The notes beneath the pieces are model-generated. The model saw nothing but the letters and a program-made list of their open reading frames with translations. It did no database searches and was not told where the DNA came from. This document shows positions 31,232 through 40,103 of a stretch of DNA of 64,000 nt, in pieces. Origin of the DNA: a virus (taxonomy: Duplodnaviria; Caudoviricetes); the IMG/VR virus record IMGVR_UViG_3300002098_000034, positions 3,186-67,185 of that record. One strand, given 5' to 3'. Numbering within the stretch: position 1 is the stretch's first letter; every line of letters starts with the position of its first letter. Made by a program: the position numbers and the translations under genes.

Positions 31232-31971
31232 TGTGAAATCTCCATTAATGTAATATCACTACTGGTTGTTTGGTCGTTATAATTGTTTAATCCTCTTGCA
31301 TTAATGTACATATTTCCGCCGGCTCCATATAATTGAATCTGATAAGTAACCGTTGAAGAAGATGCTGGATTATCCAAAAAACATATACTAGCACCAGTAG
31401 CAGAGAAGTTAGCTTGTCCGGCCGAGTGTCCGAAATTTCCATCTCTTCCATAATCAACATTGGTACCATTTCTCAATAATCTAACATAACAATCACCAGC
31501 AACAGACATACCAAATTGAAGATTAACAATTACCAATACTTTATTATTTGATAAAGTTGGTTTGATTGTTGCTGAAAATCCTGTAACATCAACCCAAGCT
31601 CCAGCTCCGGTTGAAAAAACTGAAAGAAATGGTGCACTAATTAACTGTATAACCGAATTTGCTGGAAGATTTGCACCAGTTAATATTCTTCCTGTTGCCA
31701 ATTGCGCAGAACCAACAGAATTATTAGCCAATTGCGCAGAACCAACAGAATTATTAGCCAATTGCGCAGAACCAATATTGTTATTAGCAATTTGATTACT
31801 AATCATTGTTCCGGTAATATTCGTATTGGCTACGGATACAAAAGTATTCACTCCAACCGGAGCATAAGTGTATAATGTTCCGGATACAGTAGAACCATTT
31901 AGTGTTCCCGAATTTTGAGCTAAAACGGTTGATAGTACCGTTGGGTCTAAAGGTAAATTAAAATTGGCCAT
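31228..31971 (-). CDS. Short fibre-like protein with tandem repeat
   Basis: ANNSVGSAQL repeats then VIQ...VDVTGFSATIKPT..NKVLV...TYQIQ...ITLMEI beta-sandwich-like C-terminus. Confidence 0.65.
   Translation of the reverse strand: MANFNLPLDPTVLSTVLAQNSGTLNGSTVSGTLYTYAPVGVNTFVSVANTNITGTMISNQIANNNIGSAQLANNSVGSAQLANNSVGSAQLATGRILTGANLPANSVIQLISAPFLSVFSTGAGAWVDVTGFSATIKPTLSNNKVLVIVNLQFGMSVAGDCYVRLLRNGTNVDYGRDGNFGHSAGQANFSATGASICFLDNPASSSTVTYQIQLYGAGGNMYINARGLNNYNDQTTSSDITLMEISQ
31697..31786. repeat. 3 x 30-nt coding tandem repeat
   Basis: GCCAATTGCGCAGAACCAACAGAATTATTA twice exactly, third copy diverged. Confidence 0.9.
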
Positions 31972-32777
31972 TAGTAACCTATCGCATTATGTAATTTGTT
32001 GGTACCAATTAAACTTATAAGAGAATTTTGTGTAGCTCCCATATTTGAAAATGGTAAAAGTGTTTGGTAATCATGAAGAACCGCCAATGAATTTGTATAA
32101 AAAGTAATATCACCATTCCGTCTTGTATCGACCAATGTTTTTAAAGTTTGAACATCGGTTATAATAACATTCATCGCAGAATTCGTTATATTACTGGTAT
32201 TATTTCCACCAACAATTGAAATTGAATTGTTTAAAGTAACATAATCATTTTTAATAGTTATACTCAAAGAGGTTAATGTGTTACCGACATATAAACTTGT
32301 AAAGGTACCTAAAATGGGAGTATTATCTTGAACTTTATCAGTTTGATTTGTAATATTCAACATCTGACGACCAACGGATAAACCAGAACTTAAATCCGGA
32401 TAAGACATTGAATTTGCTGATTGTGTTACTCCTGCAAGATTGTTTGTGTGTGATGTGAAATTAATTAATGATGGACTAAGTGCAAGTAAATTGGTAGATA
32501 ATGTATTTGCTGCATCTGTAGCATTAGTGTAGGTTACAAATTGTGTATTTGCTAAAGTAGATATGGCATCCAAATATAAAGAAAGTGATGCTAAAGTGTA
32601 TTGGTGTGGGTTTTGATAATAACCGCCAACACTATTATTTGACAAATCACTAATTTGCCATGGAGCTAAATTGATGTTAGTATTGTTTAATAAGTTTATA
32701 ACACCAGGCGTAAGTACATCAGCACCATTGAATTGTGTACTATCAAAATTATAACCTAATCTATTATATACACTCAT
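31971..32777 (-). CDS. Hypothetical virion protein
   Basis: 268-aa ORF tightly packed between gp5-C and the short fibre. Confidence 0.7.
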   Translation of the reverse strand: MSVYNRLGYNFDSTQFNGADVLTPGVINLLNNTNINLAPWQISDLSNNSVGGYYQNPHQYTLASLSLYLDAISTLANTQFVTYTNATDAANTLSTNLLALSPSLINFTSHTNNLAGVTQSANSMSYPDLSSGLSVGRQMLNITNQTDKVQDNTPILGTFTSLYVGNTLTSLSITIKNDYVTLNNSISIVGGNNTSNITNSAMNVIITDVQTLKTLVDTRRNGDITFYTNSLAVLHDYQTLLPFSNMGATQNSLISLIGTNKLHNAIGY

Positions 32778-33518
32778 TTAAACTTCCATTGTTCTTGTTG
32801 GTGGAGATGTGGGTCTTCCTAGATTTCCAATATGTACATGAGTATCAACATTTAACCTGAACATTTCCATGGAACCTATAATATCAGAAACCATTGGTGC
32901 ATATACTGAGGTGCCAGCAACAATTGTTGTTGCTGCAATCATATAACCTGTAGTTTCAACACTCTTGACTGCTGATACCGACATTCCGGCAGAGATATTA
33001 CCAACAACACCCACACTCTGTGTTCCTGTAATATTACCACGAACTGCCAAGTCAGCATTGATATTTACACTACTGGCCGAAATATTCATATTACCCGAAG
33101 CATTAATATCATAATCACCTTGAATTGTTTGTTCACAATTTCCTTTAATCAATTGTTTTACATTTCCGTTGGTTTGTTGGTAAACATTACCATCAACTTG
33201 ATTGTAGGAATCTCCTTGAACATGTAGTACCGAATCACCTTGGATGGTAATATTACAAACACCTTTGATTAAAACATTTTTATCTTGCAATATAATTTCA
33301 TAACCATCACCATAAATTTTACATACTTGGTCACCATTGGGGTGCATTTCTATAAAAGTATTAGAACTATGTTGTAGGCGCACACGTTCACGACCTGGAG
33401 TATCATCTAATTCTAATGAATGACCAGATTCGGTTTGTGTTACATTGTTATAAGGATAAACAGGTTGATAATCGGTATTAGCTGCCGATTCTGGTTCTGT
33501 CCATGATAAGTCAGTCAT
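32778..33518 (-). CDS. gp5: Baseplate hub spike, gp5 C-terminal part
   Basis: YPYNNVTQTESGH..ELDDTPG.ER..L.H...TF.E.HPNG; VxGxxxxx beta-helix repeats; C-terminal HVH. Confidence 0.88.
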   Translation of the reverse strand: MTDLSWTEPESAANTDYQPVYPYNNVTQTESGHSLELDDTPGRERVRLQHSSNTFIEMHPNGDQVCKIYGDGYEIILQDKNVLIKGVCNITIQGDSVLHVQGDSYNQVDGNVYQQTNGNVKQLIKGNCEQTIQGDYDINASGNMNISASSVNINADLAVRGNITGTQSVGVVGNISAGMSVSAVKSVETTGYMIAATTIVAGTSVYAPMVSDIIGSMEMFRLNVDTHVHIGNLGRPTSPPTRTMEV

Positions 33519-33525
33519 TTATTTC

Positions 33526-34176
33526 CTAAGACTTTTGTACCGGCAAGCCACTAGAAGAACCGGCCTGAGTATTTTGAGCAATGGTTAAATTAGTTGTTGC
33601 GGTTGCTGAAGTGGTAGTTGCGGTTGCCAATGCACCACTTGATTGTGAATCTACAATTGTTTGTGCATTAGAAATAGCATTACTAATAGATGCCGTTGCT
33701 TCACTTATACAATCTTTTAAAACTGTTGCAATTCTAGCCGGTATTGTAGCAATATAGGCCAGCAATTGTTGTAACTGCGTAATATACCCCTGTACTGCTG
33801 ATTGTGCTTCTTTTGCTTTTTGTATTAATTGTTGAATTTGATTAACCATATTTTTAATCGCAGTAACAATTAAACTTACACCTTCACCAAAGGGAGAGCT
33901 GGAACTTCCTTGCCATAAAGTTTGAATTGCTTGTCTAATAGATTCAACCAATTCTTTTACCTGTAATGAAATCCAAGCAATACTATATTTCATACTGCCT
34001 GTAATATCACATACATGAGCTAAATTACTGTTTGATACTGAAATAGCTGTGTTGGCTATTAATCCACCAGATAAAGAGGGGAATGTAGTTCCTCCATCAC
34101 CCACATTATTATCAATGGGAGCATTAGTTTCTTTTCCAGTAGAATCTACGGAAGCGGTATTAGGTAAATTTGACAT
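33526..34176 (-). CDS. Hypothetical helical protein between the two gp5 halves
   Basis: ORF with 3-7 nt gaps to both gp5 pieces. Confidence 0.7.
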   Translation of the reverse strand: MSNLPNTASVDSTGKETNAPIDNNVGDGGTTFPSLSGGLIANTAISVSNSNLAHVCDITGSMKYSIAWISLQVKELVESIRQAIQTLWQGSSSSPFGEGVSLIVTAIKNMVNQIQQLIQKAKEAQSAVQGYITQLQQLLAYIATIPARIATVLKDCISEATASISNAISNAQTIVDSQSSGALATATTTSATATTNLTIAQNTQAGSSSGLPVQKS

Positions 34177-34179
34177 TTT

Positions 34180-34470
34180 TTATTTTATACTAGGTAAAAC
34201 ACCCATCATTACTGGAAATTGGCCAGATTGGCCATCCATGAAAAATCCTACAATCCAATCACCAACTTTAGGTGTTTGAAATGATTTCGAATTATTTATC
34301 GGCAGCATCGGATGAGCCCAAGGTAAATCAATAGTGGGTAATTCAACGGTGTTATCAGTATGCCAACCAAATATACGAATTTGGCAACGACCAACACCTA
34401 AAGGATCCACACGATTTTCAATCACACCAACCCACCAAATAAAACTATCTTTTCCTATAAAATTTTCCAT
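34180..34470 (-). CDS. gp5: gp5 N-terminal OB-fold domain as a separate ORF
   Basis: FIWWVGVIENR.DP..VGRCQIRIFGWH, LPWAHP, PKVGDWIVGFF.DG..GQ.P..MG. Confidence 0.9.
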   Translation of the reverse strand: MENFIGKDSFIWWVGVIENRVDPLGVGRCQIRIFGWHTDNTVELPTIDLPWAHPMLPINNSKSFQTPKVGDWIVGFFMDGQSGQFPVMMGVLPSIK

Positions 34471-35855
34471 TAGTCGGCTTTCAATGCTGCTTGTATATTT
34501 GGAGAACTAGTATTAACACTTGAATATGATGATTTACTACTATCTTTAGCTATCTCTAATACAGTTATATATGAGCCTCCGTCACCAAGTACATGCCTTA
34601 CTGCCGTTACCAAATATTTACCGGAATAGAGTGCGTCTAAACCTTTAGTTGAACTTGTAGGTTTCAGCGTCATTAAATTGAAATTGATAATTACTCCCGA
34701 TGTAATACCAGGATCACCAGGAATCATTAGTTTTAAAACAGTATAGTTTGCTAATGCCAGCTGGGCAGTTCTATTTGTAACTGATGTTTCTATATACACA
34801 TCACTGCCTACAGAACCAGGAGCTTGTGCTATGTATGGTTGCTGAGCTTGTCCGGCATTTGACATGGCCACTTTTGTTACAGCACCAGAGGCTTGATTCT
34901 GTTTTATACCTAAACGATTAGGTGATGGATTTGTGACTGCTTTGCCATTTAATGATTGGTTGGCCTTTTGATAAGCCAAGTAATCAAACTTGGTAGTTGT
35001 TGATTTTCTTGTTAACGGATCCAATGATATTAACTGGTTTGCATATACTCCTGATGCAGTATCACCTAGCGCATCATATGTTTTAACAAATTCATAATCT
35101 AAAACAGAAGAAGCTGCATCTTGTGGTGATTGTAAATCATCTGATAGATTTTTTTGTTGATATTTGTATGTTGTATAAACCGGATCTTTGTAAATAGATT
35201 GTAATGATCTAAAATTAAACCCATTTCTATTTTCATAGAATAACATATCTGAACCGTTTCCAGTTGTTGGTCTAGCGTATGTTGATAACCAACTAATTGC
35301 TTCTAGGGGTTTAAATCGAGGTATTACAAAACTATACACACCAGTAGTAGGTTCAATGGTACCAATTTTTGTTGTACTAACTTGTAGAACATCAGTTAAA
35401 ATGTTAGTAATAATATCTGATATTTTTTGACCTTTAAATGATTTGCTTATTTTTAATTGTTCAGACAAATATAATTCTTCGGAACAAAAATATAATGTAT
35501 AATATTCACTATTTTGATTTCCTGCTGCAATTCTTTTACCTACTTTATATACATGAAATGTTTGTTCGTCATCATTGGCTGCACCTTTAATTTTACCAAA
35601 ATTGATATTGATGTATTCGGAACCGGTCAATTGAAAGAGTTCAATAAAACCTTGAGCATCTCTCAATGTTATAGAACCAGAAACGCAGAAACTATAGATG
35701 TCCTCATAATAAGACATTTCAACCATTAACTTCTTCATTTGAAATTTCTGGCCAGAAGCAGTTATAAATTCTAACTTTTGTAAAGAGAAATCTTGTGGAT
35801 AGAAAATACCAGCTGGCGCTGAAATATCATTAAAATCATTTGGTAATGTTGCCAT
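34470..35855 (-). CDS. Baseplate hub protein (gp27/gp44-like)
   Basis: MSYYEDIY...SG.ITL.D, P...I.WL, FYENRNGFNFRSL, IPGD..I..G..I.F, SGKYLVTAVRH; sits between gp53 and gp5. Confidence 0.75.
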   Translation of the reverse strand: MATLPNDFNDISAPAGIFYPQDFSLQKLEFITASGQKFQMKKLMVEMSYYEDIYSFCVSGSITLRDAQGFIELFQLTGSEYININFGKIKGAANDDEQTFHVYKVGKRIAAGNQNSEYYTLYFCSEELYLSEQLKISKSFKGQKISDIITNILTDVLQVSTTKIGTIEPTTGVYSFVIPRFKPLEAISWLSTYARPTTGNGSDMLFYENRNGFNFRSLQSIYKDPVYTTYKYQQKNLSDDLQSPQDAASSVLDYEFVKTYDALGDTASGVYANQLISLDPLTRKSTTTKFDYLAYQKANQSLNGKAVTNPSPNRLGIKQNQASGAVTKVAMSNAGQAQQPYIAQAPGSVGSDVYIETSVTNRTAQLALANYTVLKLMIPGDPGITSGVIINFNLMTLKPTSSTKGLDALYSGKYLVTAVRHVLGDGGSYITVLEIAKDSSKSSYSSVNTSSPNIQAALKAD

Positions 35856-35858
35856 AGT

Positions 35859-36461
35859 TTAGGATTTCATTAAAGATTCAAATTCATTTTCTATTTCTTC
35901 AACATATCTTTTATTAAAGAGGTTTATTTTTCTATTTGATTCATTTGCGTTTAATTCATATTCGTAAATACTCAAAGCTTTAGTGGATGTTGTTACTGTA
36001 ACTGAAGAACCATTGGGAAAAGTAAATGAGTTTGTACTTGGCATGAAACTGGTATATGTGGATTGATCAATAGTAATTGTTTCTATTGTAACGGCATCGG
36101 TTATGGAATCAATGGTTGTGGTTATTTGTTGATATTCATATACTGTTCCATATATATCAGTTAAAGGATATTTGTCGTTTAAATAAGTTTGAAATACCAA
36201 GTAATTCATCGGCCATTGCCATTGCGGGTCAATAATCTGATTTGCAAACAATACGATCCAATAACGATAAGATTCACCATAATATTTGTATGCAATTGAT
36301 TCTGGTGTATCACCTTCTTGAATGTCGTACTTATAATACAAAGCAGAATTCTGTAACAATGATGGAATAATACTGGATCTTGCCAGTAAATTAGTCAATA
36401 GAACAGATGTACCAGATGCATCTGTTTTAATTATCTTTGGTAGTGTGTTAAAATATTGCAT
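35859..36461 (-). CDS. gp53: Baseplate wedge subunit
   Basis: MQYFNTLPK, YDIQEGDTPESIAYKYYG..YWIVLFAN.I.DP..QWP, YEYE...NE..R.I. Confidence 0.92.
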   Translation of the reverse strand: MQYFNTLPKIIKTDASGTSVLLTNLLARSSIIPSLLQNSALYYKYDIQEGDTPESIAYKYYGESYRYWIVLFANQIIDPQWQWPMNYLVFQTYLNDKYPLTDIYGTVYEYQQITTTIDSITDAVTIETITIDQSTYTSFMPSTNSFTFPNGSSVTVTTSTKALSIYEYELNANESNRKINLFNKRYVEEIENEFESLMKS

Positions 36462-37444
36462 TAATAATTACCGTCCATCAAAGTTTTTCTATCAAGAAGT
36501 TGTGTTTCTTGGAATTGCATTGTTAATGTAGTTTGTGTTGGTGTACCATCATTAAAAGTAGACCATCCATTCTGACCATAATTAACATCAATACTTGTAA
36601 GAACACTTTCAGTTACCTGATTAACATTAGGATTAAGTTGTCCATTAAAATAGAATTTTGGTTGAAACACAGCAGGTGGAATAAAAAGCATACCACCTGC
36701 ACCATTAACTATTCTTGGTGCGGCATATTCTTTAAAAGCTTTTATGATATTGGTTACCGCTTGTGCTTCTTGCTGTGAATAAGGAGTAAAAGTAAAGGCT
36801 AATTGATATTCTCTAAAATTAAGACCTTCATATAATAATTGTAATTGTGGATTAACAGCTACACCCAATCCTTTTTGTAATCCTATGTTGGCTGCACTAC
36901 CGGCTGCTTCAATACCTGAACCTATGGCTTTACCTATAATTCCTTTGGCTCCTGGAATTTTTGATGTAATACTGCCCAATATTGCACCTACTGCTTTTCC
37001 CTCAATTTCTGTAAGACTAACGCTGTTGTATTGATTATTATATTGAAAATTCATTGTTTCTGGAATATATAAAGAAATAGAAGCTCTATCTACATAGGTT
37101 TTTTTGGTGAGGGTTAAATCTACAGAAGTTTGTGAATTTGTTTCATTTGCTGGAGAATATCCTTCAGCATCTGCGGCAGCTGAACCTACCGCAGCAAAAA
37201 AGTTTTTAGCTAAAGTACCAAGGCCTCCAATACTCGTTAATGGCTGACCTTCATATCCTACAGGAACAATATCTTTAACTAGAAAAGTAACATAATGACC
37301 ACGAGCGGTGGACTGCAAATCTCTAGGATATTGCAAATTGAGTGTTGCAAAGGGGTTGTTGAATAGAATTCCTAGTGGACCGTTGGTCGCAAGACCAGGA
37401 ACAGTTACTCCGCCTATCGAACTCGGGATGGATATAATGGCCAT
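36461..37444 (-). CDS. gp48: Baseplate tail-tube cap
   Basis: VNP...LYEG..FR.YQ.AFTFTP.S..EA..V..II..FK, PT...LT.QFQE; likely start ATG 37444 after CATAAATA at 37473-37480. Confidence 0.85.
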   Translation of the reverse strand: MAIISIPSSIGGVTVPGLATNGPLGILFNNPFATLNLQYPRDLQSTARGHYVTFLVKDIVPVGYEGQPLTSIGGLGTLAKNFFAAVGSAAADAEGYSPANETNSQTSVDLTLTKKTYVDRASISLYIPETMNFQYNNQYNSVSLTEIEGKAVGAILGSITSKIPGAKGIIGKAIGSGIEAAGSAANIGLQKGLGVAVNPQLQLLYEGLNFREYQLAFTFTPYSQQEAQAVTNIIKAFKEYAAPRIVNGAGGMLFIPPAVFQPKFYFNGQLNPNVNQVTESVLTSIDVNYGQNGWSTFNDGTPTQTTLTMQFQETQLLDRKTLMDGNY

Positions 37445-37477
37445 TAATATCTCTTTTGATGTTGAATATATATATTT

Positions 37478-37915
37478 ATGGCATATTCTGGACGATTTAC
37501 ACCTAAGAACCCTCAAAAATATGTTGGGGATCCAAAAAACATCATCTACCGGTCAAGCTGGGAGGCGAAAGTTATGGATTATCTCGACCGAAATCCAGAC
37601 ATAGTATCTTGGAATTCAGAAGAAACGGTAATTCCCTATAAATCTCCTGTGGATGGCAAGTGGCATCGTTATTTCCCTGATTTTTTAGTTAAATCAAAAA
37701 CTAAAGATGGTAAATTTAAAACTTTAATGATTGAAGTTAAACCTAAGAAACAAACTCTGCCACCTGAACCAAGAAAACGAATTACTAAGCAATACATTAC
37801 AGAAGTATCTACCTATGGCGTCAACCAGGCCAAATGGAAAGCAGCTGTTGAGTATTGTGCTGATCGTAATTGGGAGTTCATGTTAATGACGGAAGATCAC
37901 CTTGGACTCAACTAA
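37478..37915 (+). CDS. gp4: Head completion protein
   Basis: AYSGRFTPKNPQKYVGDP..IIYRSSWE, HRYFPDF, EVKPKKQT, VNQAKWKAA. Confidence 0.95.
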   Translation: MAYSGRFTPKNPQKYVGDPKNIIYRSSWEAKVMDYLDRNPDIVSWNSEETVIPYKSPVDGKWHRYFPDFLVKSKTKDGKFKTLMIEVKPKKQTLPPEPRKRITKQYITEVSTYGVNQAKWKAAVEYCADRNWEFMLMTEDHLGLN

Positions 37916-37923
37916 ATAATCAC

Positions 37924-38550
37924 ATGGCATACGAATCTAAACTTACACAATTAGCACAACAACGATCCGCTATGGATCAAGCGATCCTTTCCAGAGAATC
38001 AATGAAATGGTTAAAAGATAAAATTGATGAGATTCGGAACCCATCATCCATTCCTAGAGGTATCTCACAAGAAGCCTTTCGGAAAGATAAGAAATTTCTT
38101 TTAGGTCGTTTATATTGTTTTTATTATGATCCATTGGGTAAGGCAGAAATGCCATATTATGACCGTTTTCCTATGGTTCTGGCACTGGAGAAGTATAATG
38201 ATGGTTTCCTAGGTCTAAACCTTCATTATTTACCATATAAGTACAGACTGGCATTCCTGAGCAAACTCATGTCCTATGCGGTCCTAAACGATGATAATGA
38301 TGTGATGAAAGTCCGTATCACTTATGATATTCTGAACGCCTCCAAGCGTTTTAAAGAGTTCAGGCCATGTATTAAGCGCTACTTGACTAGCCAGATTAAG
38401 TCAAAAGTACTTGCCATTCAGCCATCTGAGTGGGAAATTGCTTCATTCTTGCCAATCCAGCAGTTTAAAGGTGCCAAACCTAAAGAAGTCTGGGAAGAAT
38501 CAGTCAACACGATTAAAGATGCCAATAAAACTTTTGGTTCAATATCTTAA
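37924..38550 (+). CDS. gp2: DNA end protector
   Basis: GRLY.FYYDP....MPYYDRFPMV, GLNLHYLP...R, PC.KRYL..; likely start ATG 37924. Confidence 0.93.
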   Translation: MAYESKLTQLAQQRSAMDQAILSRESMKWLKDKIDEIRNPSSIPRGISQEAFRKDKKFLLGRLYCFYYDPLGKAEMPYYDRFPMVLALEKYNDGFLGLNLHYLPYKYRLAFLSKLMSYAVLNDDNDVMKVRITYDILNASKRFKEFRPCIKRYLTSQIKSKVLAIQPSEWEIASFLPIQQFKGAKPKEVWEESVNTIKDANKTFGSIS

Positions 38551-38562
38551 AGGAAGAATTAA

Positions 38563-39168
38563 ATGTCCGGTAGTATAAGCGATTTCAAATCGTCATTTTC
38601 AAAAGATGTAGCTCGAACAAGTCGGTTCGATGTAAATATTGCCACACCTTTGGTATTGATACCTTATGTTTCGACTGCAAAAAACTTAACTTATCGGTGT
38701 GACTCTGCTCAGTTACCGGGAAGAACTTTTGCTACGGCTGAACAAAAAATTGGATCTAATCCAGTTGAAAAATATCCCTATCTTACAACCTACAATGATA
38801 TAGATTTAACTTTTATTCTTACTGATGATATGAATGAAAAGGTCTTTTTTGATAATTGGATGGAATTGATTAATCCTTCATATAGTTTTAATTATCAATA
38901 TAAGAGTGAATACGCAACCGTTATTACAATCAACCAATATGATGTAACTAATACTTTAACATATCAAGTAGATTTATTTGATGCTTATCCTATTTCTATA
39001 AATCAATTGGACTTAGATTGGTCATCGGAAGGGTTCCATAAATTATCAGTAACATTTGCATATACTCGTTGGCAGAACAATTCTTTACAGAATTTGGGTC
39101 AGCGTTTGGGTCAGCAACTTATCACCTCAGTTGTCGGTGGAATTTTTGGTGGTGCACCAGGTTTTTAA
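38563..39168 (+). CDS. gp54: Tail-tube initiator / gp19-fold protein (gp54-like)
   Basis: ARTSRFDV, CDSAQLPGR, F.NWM.LI, L.DAYP.SI..L.LDW, VTFAY..W. Confidence 0.75.
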   Translation: MSGSISDFKSSFSKDVARTSRFDVNIATPLVLIPYVSTAKNLTYRCDSAQLPGRTFATAEQKIGSNPVEKYPYLTTYNDIDLTFILTDDMNEKVFFDNWMELINPSYSFNYQYKSEYATVITINQYDVTNTLTYQVDLFDAYPISINQLDLDWSSEGFHKLSVTFAYTRWQNNSLQNLGQRLGQQLITSVVGGIFGGAPGF

Positions 39169-39195
39169 TTAATGATTTTATTATAGGAGTTAATC

Positions 39196-39921
39196 ATGGC
39201 TTTACCAAAGTTAGATGTACCAACATATGAAATTGAATTGCCAGTTTCAAAAAAGAAGATTAAATATAGACCATTTTTGGTCAAGGAACAAAGAAATTTG
39301 CTGATGGCCATGGAATCGAGTGATGCATCTTCGATCCAACAAGCAGTAAGAGATATTCTTCACAATTGTACCTTAACAGAAGGTATTGATGTAGAGAAAT
39401 TGCCTATTATTGATATAGAGTTTTACTTTATTAATCTCCGTGCCAAATCGGTGGGTGAGGTTATAGAATCACGATACAAGTGCAACAATGAAGTAGAAGG
39501 CAAAGAGTGTGGTAATGTTATGACCTCAGAAATTGATTTGACTGAGATTAAAGTCACACAAGAAAAAGAAGTTTCTTCAGAGATTCAATTGGATGATAAA
39601 ATTGCCATCAAATTGAAATATCCTGAGTTTCACATCATTGGAGATTCTTTAAATTACGATAACATCAATGAAGTTACTTTTAATATGATTGCTGAAAGTA
39701 TTGAATACATTTATGATGGTAGTCAGTTCTACTATGCACATGAGGCACAACCAGGTGAATGGTTGACCTTTGTTGAAGGTATGAACCAAGAACAATTTGC
39801 TAAAGTAGAAGAATTCTTTAATAATCTACCTAAGTTAAAAAAGAATATCGATCTGACTTGCAGTAAGTGCGGTTTTCAACATCACATTGAGGTTGAAGGC
39901 CTTGAAAGTTTTTTCGGCTAA
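39196..39921 (+). CDS. gp26: Baseplate hub assembly protein
   Basis: MALPKLDVPTYE.ELP.S.K.IKYRPFLVKE, L...DIE.YFI.LRAKSVGE, C.KCG, EGLESFF. Confidence 0.93.
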   Translation: MALPKLDVPTYEIELPVSKKKIKYRPFLVKEQRNLLMAMESSDASSIQQAVRDILHNCTLTEGIDVEKLPIIDIEFYFINLRAKSVGEVIESRYKCNNEVEGKECGNVMTSEIDLTEIKVTQEKEVSSEIQLDDKIAIKLKYPEFHIIGDSLNYDNINEVTFNMIAESIEYIYDGSQFYYAHEAQPGEWLTFVEGMNQEQFAKVEEFFNNLPKLKKNIDLTCSKCGFQHHIEVEGLESFFG

Positions 39922-40103
39922 CATTTCGTCATGACAATTTAAAGAATTATTATACAACAAACTTTTCGTTGATGCAACACCATAAGTATAGTTTGTTTGA
40001 ACTTGAGAGTATGATACCTTGGGAAAGGGATATTTACGTTTCCCTACTCATACAGTACATTGAAGAAGAAAACGCTAAGATAAAAGAACGACAGAGGAAG
40101 TAA
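39918..40103 (+). CDS. gp51: Baseplate hub assembly catalyst gp51-like frame, probably reached by -1 frameshift from gp26
   Basis: LTFRHDNLKNYYTTNFSLMQHHKYSLFELESMIPWERDIYVSLLIQYIEEEN; no start codon before the conserved N-terminal part; stop overlaps next ATG (TAATG). Confidence 0.85.
   Translation, partial: LTFRHDNLKNYYTTNFSLMQHHKYSLFELESMIPWERDIYVSLLIQYIEEENAKIKERQRK

Noticed and set aside
31697-31786. CRISPR-like array
   Set aside because: 30-nt units are contiguous with no spacers and lie in frame inside a coding gene.
34170-34185. Recoding that joins the three gp5-region ORFs
   Set aside because: Each downstream ORF has its own ATG a few nt after the stop and no slippery or hop signal is evident.
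37445-37516. N-terminal extension of gp48 in the ORF track (and of gp2 from 37870, and ORF 61968 from 62492)
   Set aside because: Extensions cross promoters or neighbouring genes; better starts are at 37444, 37924 and 62402.
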